Shown: positions 38,449 to 47,980 of the stretch, piece after piece
Layout: the number at the start of each line of letters is the position of its first letter
Numbering within the stretch: position 1 is the stretch's first letter
DNA from: a virus
Taxonomy: Duplodnaviria > Heunggongvirae > Uroviricota > Caudoviricetes
Virus record (IMG/VR): IMGVR_UViG_2565956724_000008
Coordinates: 1 to 47,980 of that record
Length of the DNA stretch: 47,980 bases
Reading direction: 5' to 3' (one strand)
Made by a program: the position numbers and the translations under genes
Notes under the pieces: model-generated
Databases searched by the model: none
The model's input: the letters and a program-made list of their open reading frames with translations, nothing else
What the model was told of the DNA's origin: nothing

Positions 38449-38753
38449 CGCCCGCTTCATGAGACGGTTTTAATGCAGTTGCATGAAATAACCTAAAGCG
38501 CACCAGCTCTGACATAACAACATTAGTAAGCATCTGACAAATGCATGCAAAATCATTCAACGCTATGGTACATCATAAACTATTAGTACAAGCTAATTAG
38601 CCTCTAGCGAACAATAAAAAAGTATTTCTCCCTCATAGCTTGATCTCAGTCACAAAATGCAAATAAGAAAAACGAAAACCCATTGAATTTCATGTAAAAA
38701 TAGCCATACCTAGGATTATTCTTACTTCACACAGCATAATTTATGGAGGGAAA

Positions 38754-41348
38754 ATGTCTGATCGTGATACTACCAAGGAACAACTGGTTGCCAAAAAAAG
38801 AACAGTTAAAGATTTAGCTGATTATATAAAAATCAAATCAGGTACATCACCTAACTATTCACTCTTTCTTGGTGCTGGTGCATCCGTTACATCAGGAATA
38901 AAAACTGGTCAAGAGTTAGTTGCAAAATGGAGAGAAGAGATATACACAAGACTATCCAATGAAGAATATATCGATGCCGAAGAAGCTAAAAAATGGCTAT
39001 CCAAAAACCATCCAGTCTGGTACGACCCAAACAATGAATACTCCTCTCTTTTTGAAAAGAAATTTGATCTCCCATCTCAACGCAGAAGATTTGTTGAGCT
39101 TCAAGTAGACAAAAAATTACCTTCAATTGGATATGCTTATCTCGTTGAACTATTTGAATCAAAGTTTTTTGATACTGTCTTCACAACAAATTTTGACGAT
39201 TTAATAAATGAAGCATTTTATCAATTTTCTTCTGACAGACCATTATTATGCGCACATGACTCATCAATTAAAGGCGTCTCAATTACTTCTTCAAGACCCA
39301 AAATAATAAAATTACATGGTGATTATCTATTTGATAGCATAAAAAGCTCTTTAAAAGAAACCGAGTCATTAGAAGGTAACACTCGTGAAAAACTAACTGA
39401 ATTCACTAAAGAATACGGGATTATTTTTGTTGGTTATGCTGGCAATGACAGCTCTATCATGGATGTTTTAAAACATTTATTAAAACAGGACGATTACCTA
39501 CGGAATGGGGTATATTGGTGCGTAAGACAAAATGACGCCATCCCACCAGAACTAATTAGGCTTCTAGGTCAAGAGAAAGTTTATTGGGTAGAAATAGAAG
39601 GCTTTGATGAGTTAATGGCAGAACTAGCCCTTGAATTAGGTTGCGCACTCTCTTTTGGAGGGAATCAAAAATCCACAAAAAGAGAGATGATGATCCAAAA
39701 TTTTATAACTGATGAGTACAAATTATCTAAAAATGACATTATCAAATCCGATCTTTCAAAATTAAAAAGATACACTCTAACACATGACATATCATCATTA
39801 ATAAATGAGTTATCCCAAAATGACTTAGACGATCAAAAGATCCCTGAAGAAAATTTCAAGAATTTGTTATACATTGACAACCTCATTAGAAACAAAAAAT
39901 ATTTAAGCGCTGAGACAAAACTAAAGGAATTAATCGATAACGCTGATAATGACAATATAAAATCCAAATACCTGCGCAGGCTAATTGAAATAAAAGAAGA
40001 ACAAAAAGATACAAAGTCTGCATTAGAAATCAGTGATAAACTTATCGCTCTTGATGAGTTTAATATAAATTACGCCCTATCAAGAACAAACATATTCACA
40101 GATCTAAAGGAAAAAATACATTACCTTAAGGGATTGCTAGAAAAATTCCCATATAGCATAAACCTTAAGAATCATTTAAGCAGAATTGCTATTCTTCATC
40201 TGGAAAATCATGACGAGGGATTAATAACCTTTGATGAAATACATAACCTAATTGATAAGAGCTTACTCCAAAGTAGCGATCTAGACAATATCGCTTGGAG
40301 AATAAAATATGACGCAATAATGATAAAACATCAATCAAGCTATGATAAGAAAGATTGTAATAATTTAATACAAGAAATGCTCGACCAAATAAATGAAATC
40401 AACCCTACCCACGATACATATTTGTCGTTATACACTGATTTTACTTGTGCATTACAAAAAAAAGAAAAAACATTATTGTGCATAGAAACATTATCCAACA
40501 TTTACAAAACGTCATCGAAAAACAAAAAGAGAAACATATTAAGATATTTAACAAAACTACACCTGTCTTTATTTGAAACAGACTTCGATGAAAACACTCC
40601 CAGTTTAATGAAAGGCTTCATTGATAAATATGAAGAAGAGGGCGACATTGCAAGAATTGCTCCTTTCATTATATTTAAAGCTCGATATGAGATAGGCTGC
40701 AACAGAGACATTAATGCAGGCATTGAATTAGCTAAAGAAGCCATGAATCATCCGTGGAAGAGTAATCATGCGGATAGTATTGTGGACATATTATTAATTA
40801 ATAAAAACAACATCAAACTGGCAGAAGAGTTTATTGACAGCCTGCCAAGAAACAAATCAGAAATTACCATTCTGAAATTAAAATCCGATATTGCATCTTT
40901 AAACAGTGATTTCAAAAAAGCGATAGAACTTCTTGATGAAGCTTATGATAAAGGTTATGGATTCAGTAATTATATTTTAGGCAAAGCTTATACCAACCTG
41001 CTTGCAGGAAACTATAAAGAAACAATTAATATAGTCAATGAAAACCTTGACAAAATTAAAGACTACAGAGAGAGAGATGTCTTAATAATAAACAGAGAAG
41101 TTGCCAAGAAAAAAGACAATCAAGACATTAAAGAAAACGACATAAATTCAGTTTTAGCACATAACAATTCAAAAGGTGATGCAGCCATGTGTGCATTCTT
41201 TTTACTTGACGATGAATTTAAAGCAAACAAACAACTAAAAAACCTGATAGAAAAAGATTATATGAACTATTATAGATTCTTAGCTTGGCCAGCAGTTCCC
41301 CAAAACGCTCTCTTAAAATATAAAAGCAATATGGAAATTGCCGCTTAA
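38754..41348 (+). CDS. SIR2-domain candidate defence protein (mirror copy)
   Basis: Mirror of 6633..9227; identical 864-aa translation. Confidence 0.7.
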   Translation: MSDRDTTKEQLVAKKRTVKDLADYIKIKSGTSPNYSLFLGAGASVTSGIKTGQELVAKWREEIYTRLSNEEYIDAEEAKKWLSKNHPVWYDPNNEYSSLFEKKFDLPSQRRRFVELQVDKKLPSIGYAYLVELFESKFFDTVFTTNFDDLINEAFYQFSSDRPLLCAHDSSIKGVSITSSRPKIIKLHGDYLFDSIKSSLKETESLEGNTREKLTEFTKEYGIIFVGYAGNDSSIMDVLKHLLKQDDYLRNGVYWCVRQNDAIPPELIRLLGQEKVYWVEIEGFDELMAELALELGCALSFGGNQKSTKREMMIQNFITDEYKLSKNDIIKSDLSKLKRYTLTHDISSLINELSQNDLDDQKIPEENFKNLLYIDNLIRNKKYLSAETKLKELIDNADNDNIKSKYLRRLIEIKEEQKDTKSALEISDKLIALDEFNINYALSRTNIFTDLKEKIHYLKGLLEKFPYSINLKNHLSRIAILHLENHDEGLITFDEIHNLIDKSLLQSSDLDNIAWRIKYDAIMIKHQSSYDKKDCNNLIQEMLDQINEINPTHDTYLSLYTDFTCALQKKEKTLLCIETLSNIYKTSSKNKKRNILRYLTKLHLSLFETDFDENTPSLMKGFIDKYEEEGDIARIAPFIIFKARYEIGCNRDINAGIELAKEAMNHPWKSNHADSIVDILLINKNNIKLAEEFIDSLPRNKSEITILKLKSDIASLNSDFKKAIELLDEAYDKGYGFSNYILGKAYTNLLAGNYKETINIVNENLDKIKDYRERDVLIINREVAKKKDNQDIKENDINSVLAHNNSKGDAAMCAFFLLDDEFKANKQLKNLIEKDYMNYYRFLAWPAVPQNALLKYKSNMEIAA

Positions 41349-41379
41349 ATAAACAAAGGGCAAGAACACCTTCTTGCCC
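41347..41379. terminator. bidirectional terminator (mirror copy)
   Basis: Mirror of 6602..6634. Confidence 0.6.
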
Positions 41380-41551
41380 TATATTATTTCATATAGTTAC
41401 TTATCCTTAATCCAACCCATAACAATCGCATGTTGAAAACTTAGCCGTTATTTTTATTCATATCACTCGAAACTATTGTACTCTAACCGAATGGTTATAC
41501 AGATAAATAAAATTCTTAGTCTCATCAACATCTCTTTGTCAAACACCATTA

Positions 41552-43825
41552 TTAGTTTGAGGAAAATCCCGACCACTCATCAGCAACCGGATACGTGAAT
41601 TTTTTCCCGTCATAATTTACAGTTGCCCCACGCGCCAGCGCCTCAAGCTCCCATCGCTGAGGCCTGATACCGTTCTGAGTAAGGTCAACGCGGATACGGG
41701 TAATTTGCATTCGTTCCGACCGGGTCAGTCTGGCCGATGGCGCTATTTCATGCGGTTTTAACGGGCTTCCGTTTCTTTGCTGACGGTTTGGTCTTCTCAG
41801 GCCGTGTTTTAATGCACTTCTGAGCGCTCTCACGACCTCCGGGTCATTCCATTCGATAACACCGTCATCTACCAGATTAAGCACTGCTGCGGCGTGCTCA
41901 GAAGGTGTGGGAGCCGGTAACGAAGTATCACCACCAGTGAGCTTTCCACAGTTATTGACAGGACTCCGAGGCGCGGCGATGCCGCTTTTTAAAGTCAAAG
42001 GCTCAACGACCGGAACTTTCGGCACAATGCGCCAGTCCGTCGTTCTGGTGATATGAATATGACGCGCGCCGAGATGCGGCGCGTAAATGCCGACCACTCT
42101 CTCGACTTCTTCCTCGTACTCGTTAACTTCATCCGACGGGCTACGGGCGACTCTGACAGTCTGACAATCGCGCGGGACATTTGCCCCACCCTGCGCGCTG
42201 ATATACAACGCAAAATCACCACTGTCTGCGGCGGCGCGTGCAGCCTCGACGCGCTCGTCAAACTCATCAGCAATGCTGACGCCGCGCGGCAATTTGCGTA
42301 GTTCACGGTAAGCCCCCATTGTCGGCAGGCCAACCGTTTTAAATTGCGGGATGCGCCACGTTGACGCCCATGCGGTAACAGCCGCTGCAGTGTCTTTCAG
42401 CGGCCTGCCGGTGTCGTTATCGAGCTGACCATCCAGTGCATAGCCGTCGATGTTTTTTGAAATGTATTTCGCGATATATCCCGCAGCACCGCCCCGGTTA
42501 AGGTGTTTTGCCTGAAAACGGTTTCGCGCGGCTCCTCTTTCGTCGCCATCCTCTTTGAGCGCATAGCGACGCATGATTTCGATAATCTGGTTACGCTGGC
42601 GTGAATTACAAAAAAGCATCATATGCCAGTGCGGCGTTCCGTCGTGGTGTGGCTCGACGACACGCAAACCGTAGACCTGTAAATCATTATCCTTGAATGC
42701 CGTGCGCATCAGGCTCCAGATACGGCAGAGATAACGCTGCGCATCCTTTGGATTAAATGCCTCATCGTTCCAGCCGTGATTAAGCTGCACGGTTTTACTT
42801 TCGCCTTTTCCTACCTGACGTGTCGGGTGATACTTTGACGGCGCGGTCAGCGTGATAAACATCCCCACATCACCCTCTGCAGCGGCGTAACGCTCAATAC
42901 CGGCAATGGTGTTCATCAGCTCCATCCGGCGAATTTCAGGATTAGAAATACTGCCCATCACCTTACTGATAAGGTCGATGCGCTCGCCGGTTTCCCTGTT
43001 TTCAAGGTCACACGATTTAAGAAATTCCAGATTTGCCTGGCGGCGCGCACGCACATCACGAATGGCGTGTTTACTGGCATAAGGAGAACGGTCTTTATTG
43101 ACCTCCCCGACAGCTATCAGTAACGCTTCATGCCAGCGCATACGCTGGCCTTTAAGCTGATGAGTCCACCACTCATCGTTAAACAGACGGGCAATGGCAG
43201 AATATGCCTGCCTCGTGGTCATCTGTCTTTTACGGTATTTTTTCCAGTAGAGAGGGGAAATATTGAAAGCTCGTGCAGCGCCAGCAACATGACCATACAG
43301 GTGATCCTGAGCCTCATCCGTAAACAGTGATTCTTTTTCGCCATGCGCATCCACCCAGGCATCGCTGAGTTCCTCATACATCATGAAAAGCTGCGATGAG
43401 ATACGGGCGGCAAACTTTTTCAGCTCCTTGTCATTCATTCCCGGCAGGCGCGCATAGTGATCACGCTCTGCCAGAAACAGCAACGACGCGTCGGTGTTCA
43501 TTTCATGGCGCTGATTCACACGCTCAATGCGCGGCCATAAACGACGCTGAAAAGTGGATGTGAGGAAATAAAACCCGTGCACCGGGCTTTTATTGCGCCG
43601 GATGTAGTCATAGCGTGAAGTAAACAGCGAGCGCAAAAAGTAAGGCAGGCGGTTAATCGTGGATAAAACACCTTGCACCTGACGCATCTCGTCACGTGTA
43701 AGGGGTCTTTCGCGCCCGACGGCCTCGCGTGGCGCGTTCCATGCATAAGCACCGGTAAACGTCTTACCGGTGCCTGCGGCAAATGCTGACGGAGGGACAA
43801 AACGCCCGGAGGCTTTAACGGCCAT
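41552..43825 (-). CDS. A: replication initiator A (mirror copy)
   Basis: Mirror of 4156..6429. Confidence 0.9.
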   Translation of the reverse strand: MAVKASGRFVPPSAFAAGTGKTFTGAYAWNAPREAVGRERPLTRDEMRQVQGVLSTINRLPYFLRSLFTSRYDYIRRNKSPVHGFYFLTSTFQRRLWPRIERVNQRHEMNTDASLLFLAERDHYARLPGMNDKELKKFAARISSQLFMMYEELSDAWVDAHGEKESLFTDEAQDHLYGHVAGAARAFNISPLYWKKYRKRQMTTRQAYSAIARLFNDEWWTHQLKGQRMRWHEALLIAVGEVNKDRSPYASKHAIRDVRARRQANLEFLKSCDLENRETGERIDLISKVMGSISNPEIRRMELMNTIAGIERYAAAEGDVGMFITLTAPSKYHPTRQVGKGESKTVQLNHGWNDEAFNPKDAQRYLCRIWSLMRTAFKDNDLQVYGLRVVEPHHDGTPHWHMMLFCNSRQRNQIIEIMRRYALKEDGDERGAARNRFQAKHLNRGGAAGYIAKYISKNIDGYALDGQLDNDTGRPLKDTAAAVTAWASTWRIPQFKTVGLPTMGAYRELRKLPRGVSIADEFDERVEAARAAADSGDFALYISAQGGANVPRDCQTVRVARSPSDEVNEYEEEVERVVGIYAPHLGARHIHITRTTDWRIVPKVPVVEPLTLKSGIAAPRSPVNNCGKLTGGDTSLPAPTPSEHAAAVLNLVDDGVIEWNDPEVVRALRSALKHGLRRPNRQQRNGSPLKPHEIAPSARLTRSERMQITRIRVDLTQNGIRPQRWELEALARGATVNYDGKKFTYPVADEWSGFSSN

Positions 43826-44090
43826 ATGAGCCAAAAGCCTCTGAACAACGCTTGCTGATTTGCTCAACCTGCGCGTTTAAATCAGCAAAAGACTTTGCGC
43901 TTCCGGTCAGAATATCGTGATGCATCAGGCCGGAAACGAGCTGGCTTAATTTCGGGTAATAACCAACCACCGCCAGCCATTCCTGACCGGCGTTTTTACC
44001 GCTTTCAGCTCTCTTTTTCTCGTGGAGAATAAACTGAAAGCTGTCACTGGTAACGACATAACGTTCGCCAATTTCAATACGAATACTCAT
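43815..44090 (-). CDS. hypothetical early protein, orf83 position (mirror copy)
   Basis: Mirror of 3891..4166. Confidence 0.55.
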   Translation of the reverse strand: MSIRIEIGERYVVTSDSFQFILHEKKRAESGKNAGQEWLAVVGYYPKLSQLVSGLMHHDILTGSAKSFADLNAQVEQISKRCSEAFGSYGR

Positions 44091-44311
44091 GCCGTTCTCC
44101 GGTAATGTTTGTTTTTTGCTTCAAAAACTGACTGACAGGAAACACAACGCGTGGCTGACGGATAAGCCGCACGACGGGCAGCAGGTATTGGCGCGTCACA
44201 CTCTTCGCAAACCATCGCAGAAGCACCGCAATGTTTTACCCTTGCCGCGTTAATCTGGCGCTCCAGTAATTCAGCCTGTTGTGCCTGAATAAAATCTACG
44301 TTGTCCGGCAT
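44087..44311 (-). CDS. TraR/DksA-family zinc-finger protein (mirror copy)
   Basis: Mirror of 3670..3894. Confidence 0.65.
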   Translation of the reverse strand: MPDNVDFIQAQQAELLERQINAARVKHCGASAMVCEECDAPIPAARRAAYPSATRCVSCQSVFEAKNKHYRRTA

Positions 44312-44616
44312 TACCAGTTCCTTTTGTCGTTAAGGTTTTTAAATTCATCAGCGCAATAGCTGGCGATTTCTGTCGTTAATTTCGTCAGTTCATCCACGGA
44401 GGAGATTTGCTTGTGAAACACAGCGCGTTTAACAAGCAAATTGACCACATCAGACAGGAGGTTTAATTCGTTCTGATAAATCGCGATAACAGACTCAGTT
44501 ATTTCGCGTTTTTCTTTATCAAGACCAAGTTGAATAAGAGACAAATCGCCATTTTTCATAACGGCGATTTTTAAGGCGTTATTCAGTAATACAACTGAAC
44601 GAGAACAGGACATCAA
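44311..44616 (-). CDS. hypothetical early protein, orf81 position (mirror copy)
   Basis: Mirror of 3365..3670. Confidence 0.55.
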   Translation of the reverse strand: MMSCSRSVVLLNNALKIAVMKNGDLSLIQLGLDKEKREITESVIAIYQNELNLLSDVVNLLVKRAVFHKQISSVDELTKLTTEIASYCADEFKNLNDKRNW

Positions 44617-44837
44617 AGCACCTCCCCGCGAGACAATCCGATATTGTGAAATTTTTCCGACTCCTGACTGAGCAGCTCGACTATCTCCACGCGGGATAAC
44701 TCCGCCTTTGTGATGTGGCGAATCATGGCATCAAGATGAGAAGAAAAGCGCGTCGCAGCGTCGGCCTGTGCTTCGGTTCTGGCCTGTTGCAGCAGTAATG
44801 CGTATTTACCGCACTGATTTTCAGAAACTGTATGCAT
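44613..44837 (-). CDS. hypothetical early protein, orf80 position (mirror copy)
   Basis: Mirror of 3144..3368. Confidence 0.55.
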   Translation of the reverse strand: MHTVSENQCGKYALLLQQARTEAQADAATRFSSHLDAMIRHITKAELSRVEIVELLSQESEKFHNIGLSRGEVL

Positions 44838-44900
44838 AACTTTCTCCAGGCAAAAAGAAGCCCCGCACGATTAAGTGCGTTAAAAACTCTGGTTAATTAC

Positions 44901-45407
44901 TTAATGCAGATATTGCTCTGGTTTTACCGACGTCAGAATTGTCGGTGCATACTCAAACAGGCTGAATAATTCACGTAATGCACGGAATAAAGCATCACGC
45001 CAGTAACATGACTCTTCATTAATTCGCCAGTATGGCTGGTTAAATTCTTTTTCAGTCAATCCGGCATGCATAAATAAAGTACGACGCTGACTGACTGTTA
45101 AAAAACTAATATATGCATACTCACTTGCACCGACCTGACGACGTTTTGAGAATGCCCCACGCAATTCATCAATTGCACATACCAGTCGTTCACGTTCGAC
45201 GTCGTTCATTTCTTCAAAACGCATCGTTGCGTGACGCTGTTTTAACTGCGCATGAAAGCAAACTGTTAGCCGTTCGCGCTCCATCATCTGATTATAATAA
45301 TCACATGTATCTTGCCAGCGAGGAACGGCAAGATGCTTACCAATTATCCGGCGCATAGCTGCTGGCTGTTTTTCAACGAGATTGAGCGTCATCACTGTCA
45401 TTTCCAT
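44901..45407 (-). CDS. B: replication protein B (mirror copy)
   Basis: Mirror of 2574..3080. Confidence 0.75.
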   Translation of the reverse strand: MEMTVMTLNLVEKQPAAMRRIIGKHLAVPRWQDTCDYYNQMMERERLTVCFHAQLKQRHATMRFEEMNDVERERLVCAIDELRGAFSKRRQVGASEYAYISFLTVSQRRTLFMHAGLTEKEFNQPYWRINEESCYWRDALFRALRELFSLFEYAPTILTSVKPEQYLH

Positions 45408-45592
45408 ACCCTCCGGCTTTTCAGAAAGGTCAGAGCCTTTTTTAACGGACTCTGTTTTTTGGTGCGGATAATGATTCCCTTACGCCCCTTACCGTGGGTG
45501 ATGGTGAAGTCAATCGCCCTGGGGCTTTCGTTACGCAGTAACTGAGCAATACAACGAGGCTCATTCATACGGTTCTCCTTAACGTGGTTCAC
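45398..45592 (-). CDS. hypothetical early protein, orf78 position (mirror copy)
   Basis: Mirror of 2389..2583. Confidence 0.45.
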   Translation of the reverse strand: MNHVKENRMNEPRCIAQLLRNESPRAIDFTITHGKGRKGIIIRTKKQSPLKKALTFLKSRRVWK

Positions 45593-45854
45593 CGAGACCT
45601 AACCACATCAACCAGCCGTCACGAATCTCTTTAGGTCGGCTTTCATAAGCCAGTTTTAGTCCGTTATTCCATGCCGGAAGGTATACCCAATATTCACCAG
45701 CACGACCTGAAGCTGATTGTGGATCGGTCATATCAATTACAGGCAGCTTTCCTTTATCGATCATCCGACGAACCGCTCCTGTCGATTTTCCTATTAGTTT
45801 TGCGAACTCCTGATAAGGAATCGCATCAGTCATGAGTGTTACTTGCTTGCTCAT
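45579..45854 (-). CDS. cox: Cox (mirror copy)
   Basis: Mirror of 2127..2402. Confidence 0.85.
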   Translation of the reverse strand: MSKQVTLMTDAIPYQEFAKLIGKSTGAVRRMIDKGKLPVIDMTDPQSASGRAGEYWVYLPAWNNGLKLAYESRPKEIRDGWLMWLGLGEPR

Positions 45855-45935
45855 GTCGTCCTCTAGCCCTCATGAATTGCGTTTAATGTCTTATAATGCC
45901 TTTTAGTGCCCACATCCAAGCACTAAACAATCTAC

Positions 45936-45965
45936 ATCTAAACTAAATACTATTGAGATCTAAAC
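45936..45965. promoter_or_regulatory. C-operator-like direct repeats in Pe/Pc region (mirror copy)
   Basis: Mirror of 2016..2045. Confidence 0.5.
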
Positions 45966-45968
45966 ACC

Positions 45969-46268
45969 ATGTCAAACACGATAAGCGAGAAGATAGTCTT
46001 AATGCGAAAATCAGAGTATTTGAGCAGACAACAACTTGCTGATTTAACAGGGGTTCCGTATGGCACGCTGAGTTACTATGAAAGTGGTCGTTCAACACCT
46101 CCAACAGATGTCATGATGAACATCCTGCAGACCCCACAATTCACCAAATACACTTTATGGTTCATGACCAATCAGATCGCTCCTGAGTCCGGGCAAATTG
46201 CGCCCGCTCTCGCACACTTTGGGCAAAACGAAACAACGTCGCCCCACTCCGGTCAAAAGACTGGTTAA
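45969..46268 (+). CDS. C: immunity repressor C (mirror copy)
   Basis: Mirror of 1713..2012. Confidence 0.85.
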   Translation: MSNTISEKIVLMRKSEYLSRQQLADLTGVPYGTLSYYESGRSTPPTDVMMNILQTPQFTKYTLWFMTNQIAPESGQIAPALAHFGQNETTSPHSGQKTG

Positions 46269-46383
46269 CAATTCATCGTGAATATATTCATCACAAGTGC
46301 CTACTATTGGTGGCTAAATTTCAGCCACCACGAAAAAAGCGATTAGTAGTCGCAAAAAAACACACCACTCGGAGGGTTTTCTG

Positions 46384-47397
46384 ATGGCAATCAAAAAACT
46401 CGATGATGGTCGATATGAAGTGGACATCCGCCCTACTGGACGTAATGGAAAACGCATCCGTAGGAAGTTTGATAAGAAAAGCGAAGCTGTCGCTTTCGAG
46501 AAATACACGTTGTACAACCACCACAATAAAGAATGGCTATCAAAACCAACAGACAAGCGACGTCTGTCGGAGCTGACACAGATCTGGTGGGATTTAAAGG
46601 GTAAACACGAAGAGCATGGGAAATCTAATCTTGGAAAAATTGAAATCTTCACAAAAATAACGAATGACCCATGCGCATTTCAAATTACGAAATCGCTTAT
46701 CAGCCAGTACTGCGCCACCCGAAGAAGTCAGGGTATTAAACCTTCGAGTATCAATCGTGATTTAACATGTATTAGCGGCATGTTTACAGCCCTGATTGAA
46801 GCGGAGTTATTCTTTGGTGAGCACCCTATCAGAGGGACAAAAAGGCTTAAGGAGGAAAAACCAGACACAGGCTATCTCACGCAGGAAGAAATTGCCTTAC
46901 TGCTTGCTGCTCTTGACGGCGACAACAAAAAGATTGCGATTCTTTGCCTGAGTACTGGAGCACGTTGGGGAGAAGCAGCTCGTTTGAAAGCAGAAAATAT
47001 CATCCATAACCGCGTCACGTTTGTTAAAACGAAAACAAACAAACCACGCACCGTCCCGATCTCAGAGGCTGTTGCCAAAATGATCGCGGATAACAAACGA
47101 GGTTTTTTATTCCCTGATGCTGATTACCCTCGCTTCAGACGAACAATGAAAGCAATAAAACCGGATTTGCCAATGGGGCAAGCCACACATGCACTAAGGC
47201 ACAGCTTTGCCACTCATTTCATGATTAATGGAGGAAGTATTATCACGCTACAACGGATACTAGGTCACACGCGGATTGAGCAAACTATGGTTTACGCTCA
47301 TTTTGCGCCAGAGTACCTTCAGGACGCCATTTCTCTTAATCCGCTAAGAGGTGGTACTGAGGCCGAGAGTGTCCACACAGTGTCCACAGTAGAGTAA
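46384..47397 (+). CDS. int: tyrosine integrase (mirror copy)
   Basis: Mirror of 584..1597. Confidence 0.9.
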   Translation: MAIKKLDDGRYEVDIRPTGRNGKRIRRKFDKKSEAVAFEKYTLYNHHNKEWLSKPTDKRRLSELTQIWWDLKGKHEEHGKSNLGKIEIFTKITNDPCAFQITKSLISQYCATRRSQGIKPSSINRDLTCISGMFTALIEAELFFGEHPIRGTKRLKEEKPDTGYLTQEEIALLLAALDGDNKKIAILCLSTGARWGEAARLKAENIIHNRVTFVKTKTNKPRTVPISEAVAKMIADNKRGFLFPDADYPRFRRTMKAIKPDLPMGQATHALRHSFATHFMINGGSIITLQRILGHTRIEQTMVYAHFAPEYLQDAISLNPLRGGTEAESVHTVSTVE

Positions 47398-47476
47398 CGT
47401 TTAAGGGCTTTCAGTGGTAATTTATGCCGCTCAAACCCGCATTGTACCGTTGAAAGCCCCTACTGGTGACACCCTA

Positions 47477-47503
47477 AATCTCCCTTACACGGGCTTATTT
47501 TTT
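47477..47503. other. P2-type att core (mirror copy)
   Basis: Mirror of 478..504. Confidence 0.5.
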
Positions 47504-47662
47504 TATGCATAAGCCCTATCTCTGGTAACCGTCTTCCATTGACCACATCGATAGAATCCTCCTTCATAGCACGATGCCTTTCACTTATCGGCATCGTGCT
47601 CCCACAGGTTCCGGCTACGCACAGCCAGAACGCGCATATTTGACGCTTACCAAAAAATATTC

Positions 47663-47980
47663 TCACTCTCCACATTTGAATGTCAGACGAGCGACACCAT
47701 GTAATCCTACACCTTCTGTCTTCAGCTCAACTATTTGCATTTTTTTGCCCTGAGTAACACAGAAATGAGTTGCATCATTTTTTACTATATTTTCTGCACC
47801 AGATATTCTACCCCTGGCTAAAGAAGCTTCGGCTTCGGTGTAGTATTGGTTATCGAGTTTACGCTGAATATTACTTTTATATGCAAGACCAAATTTACCG
47901 ATACTTGTCTCATCATTATGCACAGCACAACCAGACATAATAAAAATACTAATTAATGATATAGCAGCTATCTTTTTCAT
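47663..47980 (-). CDS. putative host lipoprotein (mirror copy)
   Basis: Mirror of 1..318; the last 20 nt of the window are the exact reverse complement of the first 20 nt. Confidence 0.5.
   Translation of the reverse strand: MKKIAAISLISIFIMSGCAVHNDETSIGKFGLAYKSNIQRKLDNQYYTEAEASLARGRISGAENIVKNDATHFCVTQGKKMQIVELKTEGVGLHGVARLTFKCGE

Larger units (their letters stand above)
24911..47503. mobile_element. P2-like prophage arm, right copy (reverse-complement mirror of 478..23070)
   Basis: All ORF-track translations mirror the left arm with identical sequence; spot-checked at the window ends, cos and centre boundaries. Confidence 0.8.

Noticed and set aside
1-47980. CRISPR array or other short tandem direct-repeat array
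   Set aside because: No regularly spaced short direct repeats were seen; the only large-scale repetition is the inverted duplication of the arms.

Overview
The window is a P2-like (Peduovirus-type) enterobacterial prophage arm with a short host flank, present twice as a near-perfect reverse-complement palindrome. Left arm 1..23070 and right arm 24911..47980 mirror each other (x -> 47981-x) around a 1,840 bp unique centre (23071..24910). The mirroring was confirmed by spot checks (first and last 20 nt, cos, and the centre boundaries) and by identical ORF-track translations; it was not verified base by base. Each arm carries, in prophage order: a host lipoprotein gene, a P2-type att core, int, C, cox, B, small early ORFs, replication gene A, an AT-rich 864-aa SIR2-domain protein in the slot where P2 carries tin/old, cos, then Q, P, O, N, M, L, X, the lysis cassette, R, S, an AT-rich HNH-motif ORF, and baseplate genes V, W, J, I plus the constant part of tail fibre H. 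The unique centre looks like a Mu G-segment-type invertible host-range cassette (alternative fibre tips Sv/Sv' and two convergent tail-fibre-assembly genes) bounded by 26-bp hix/gix-like sites, but no invertase gene is present. The tail sheath/tube/tape-measure/D/ogr half of a P2 genome is also absent. The most interesting items are the SIR2-domain candidate anti-phage protein, the invertase-less invertible cassette, the HNH ORF, and the palindrome itself, which is more likely an assembly or foldback artefact than real biology. Gene identities rest on recalled similarity to phage P2 proteins and on motifs read from the translations; no database search was run.
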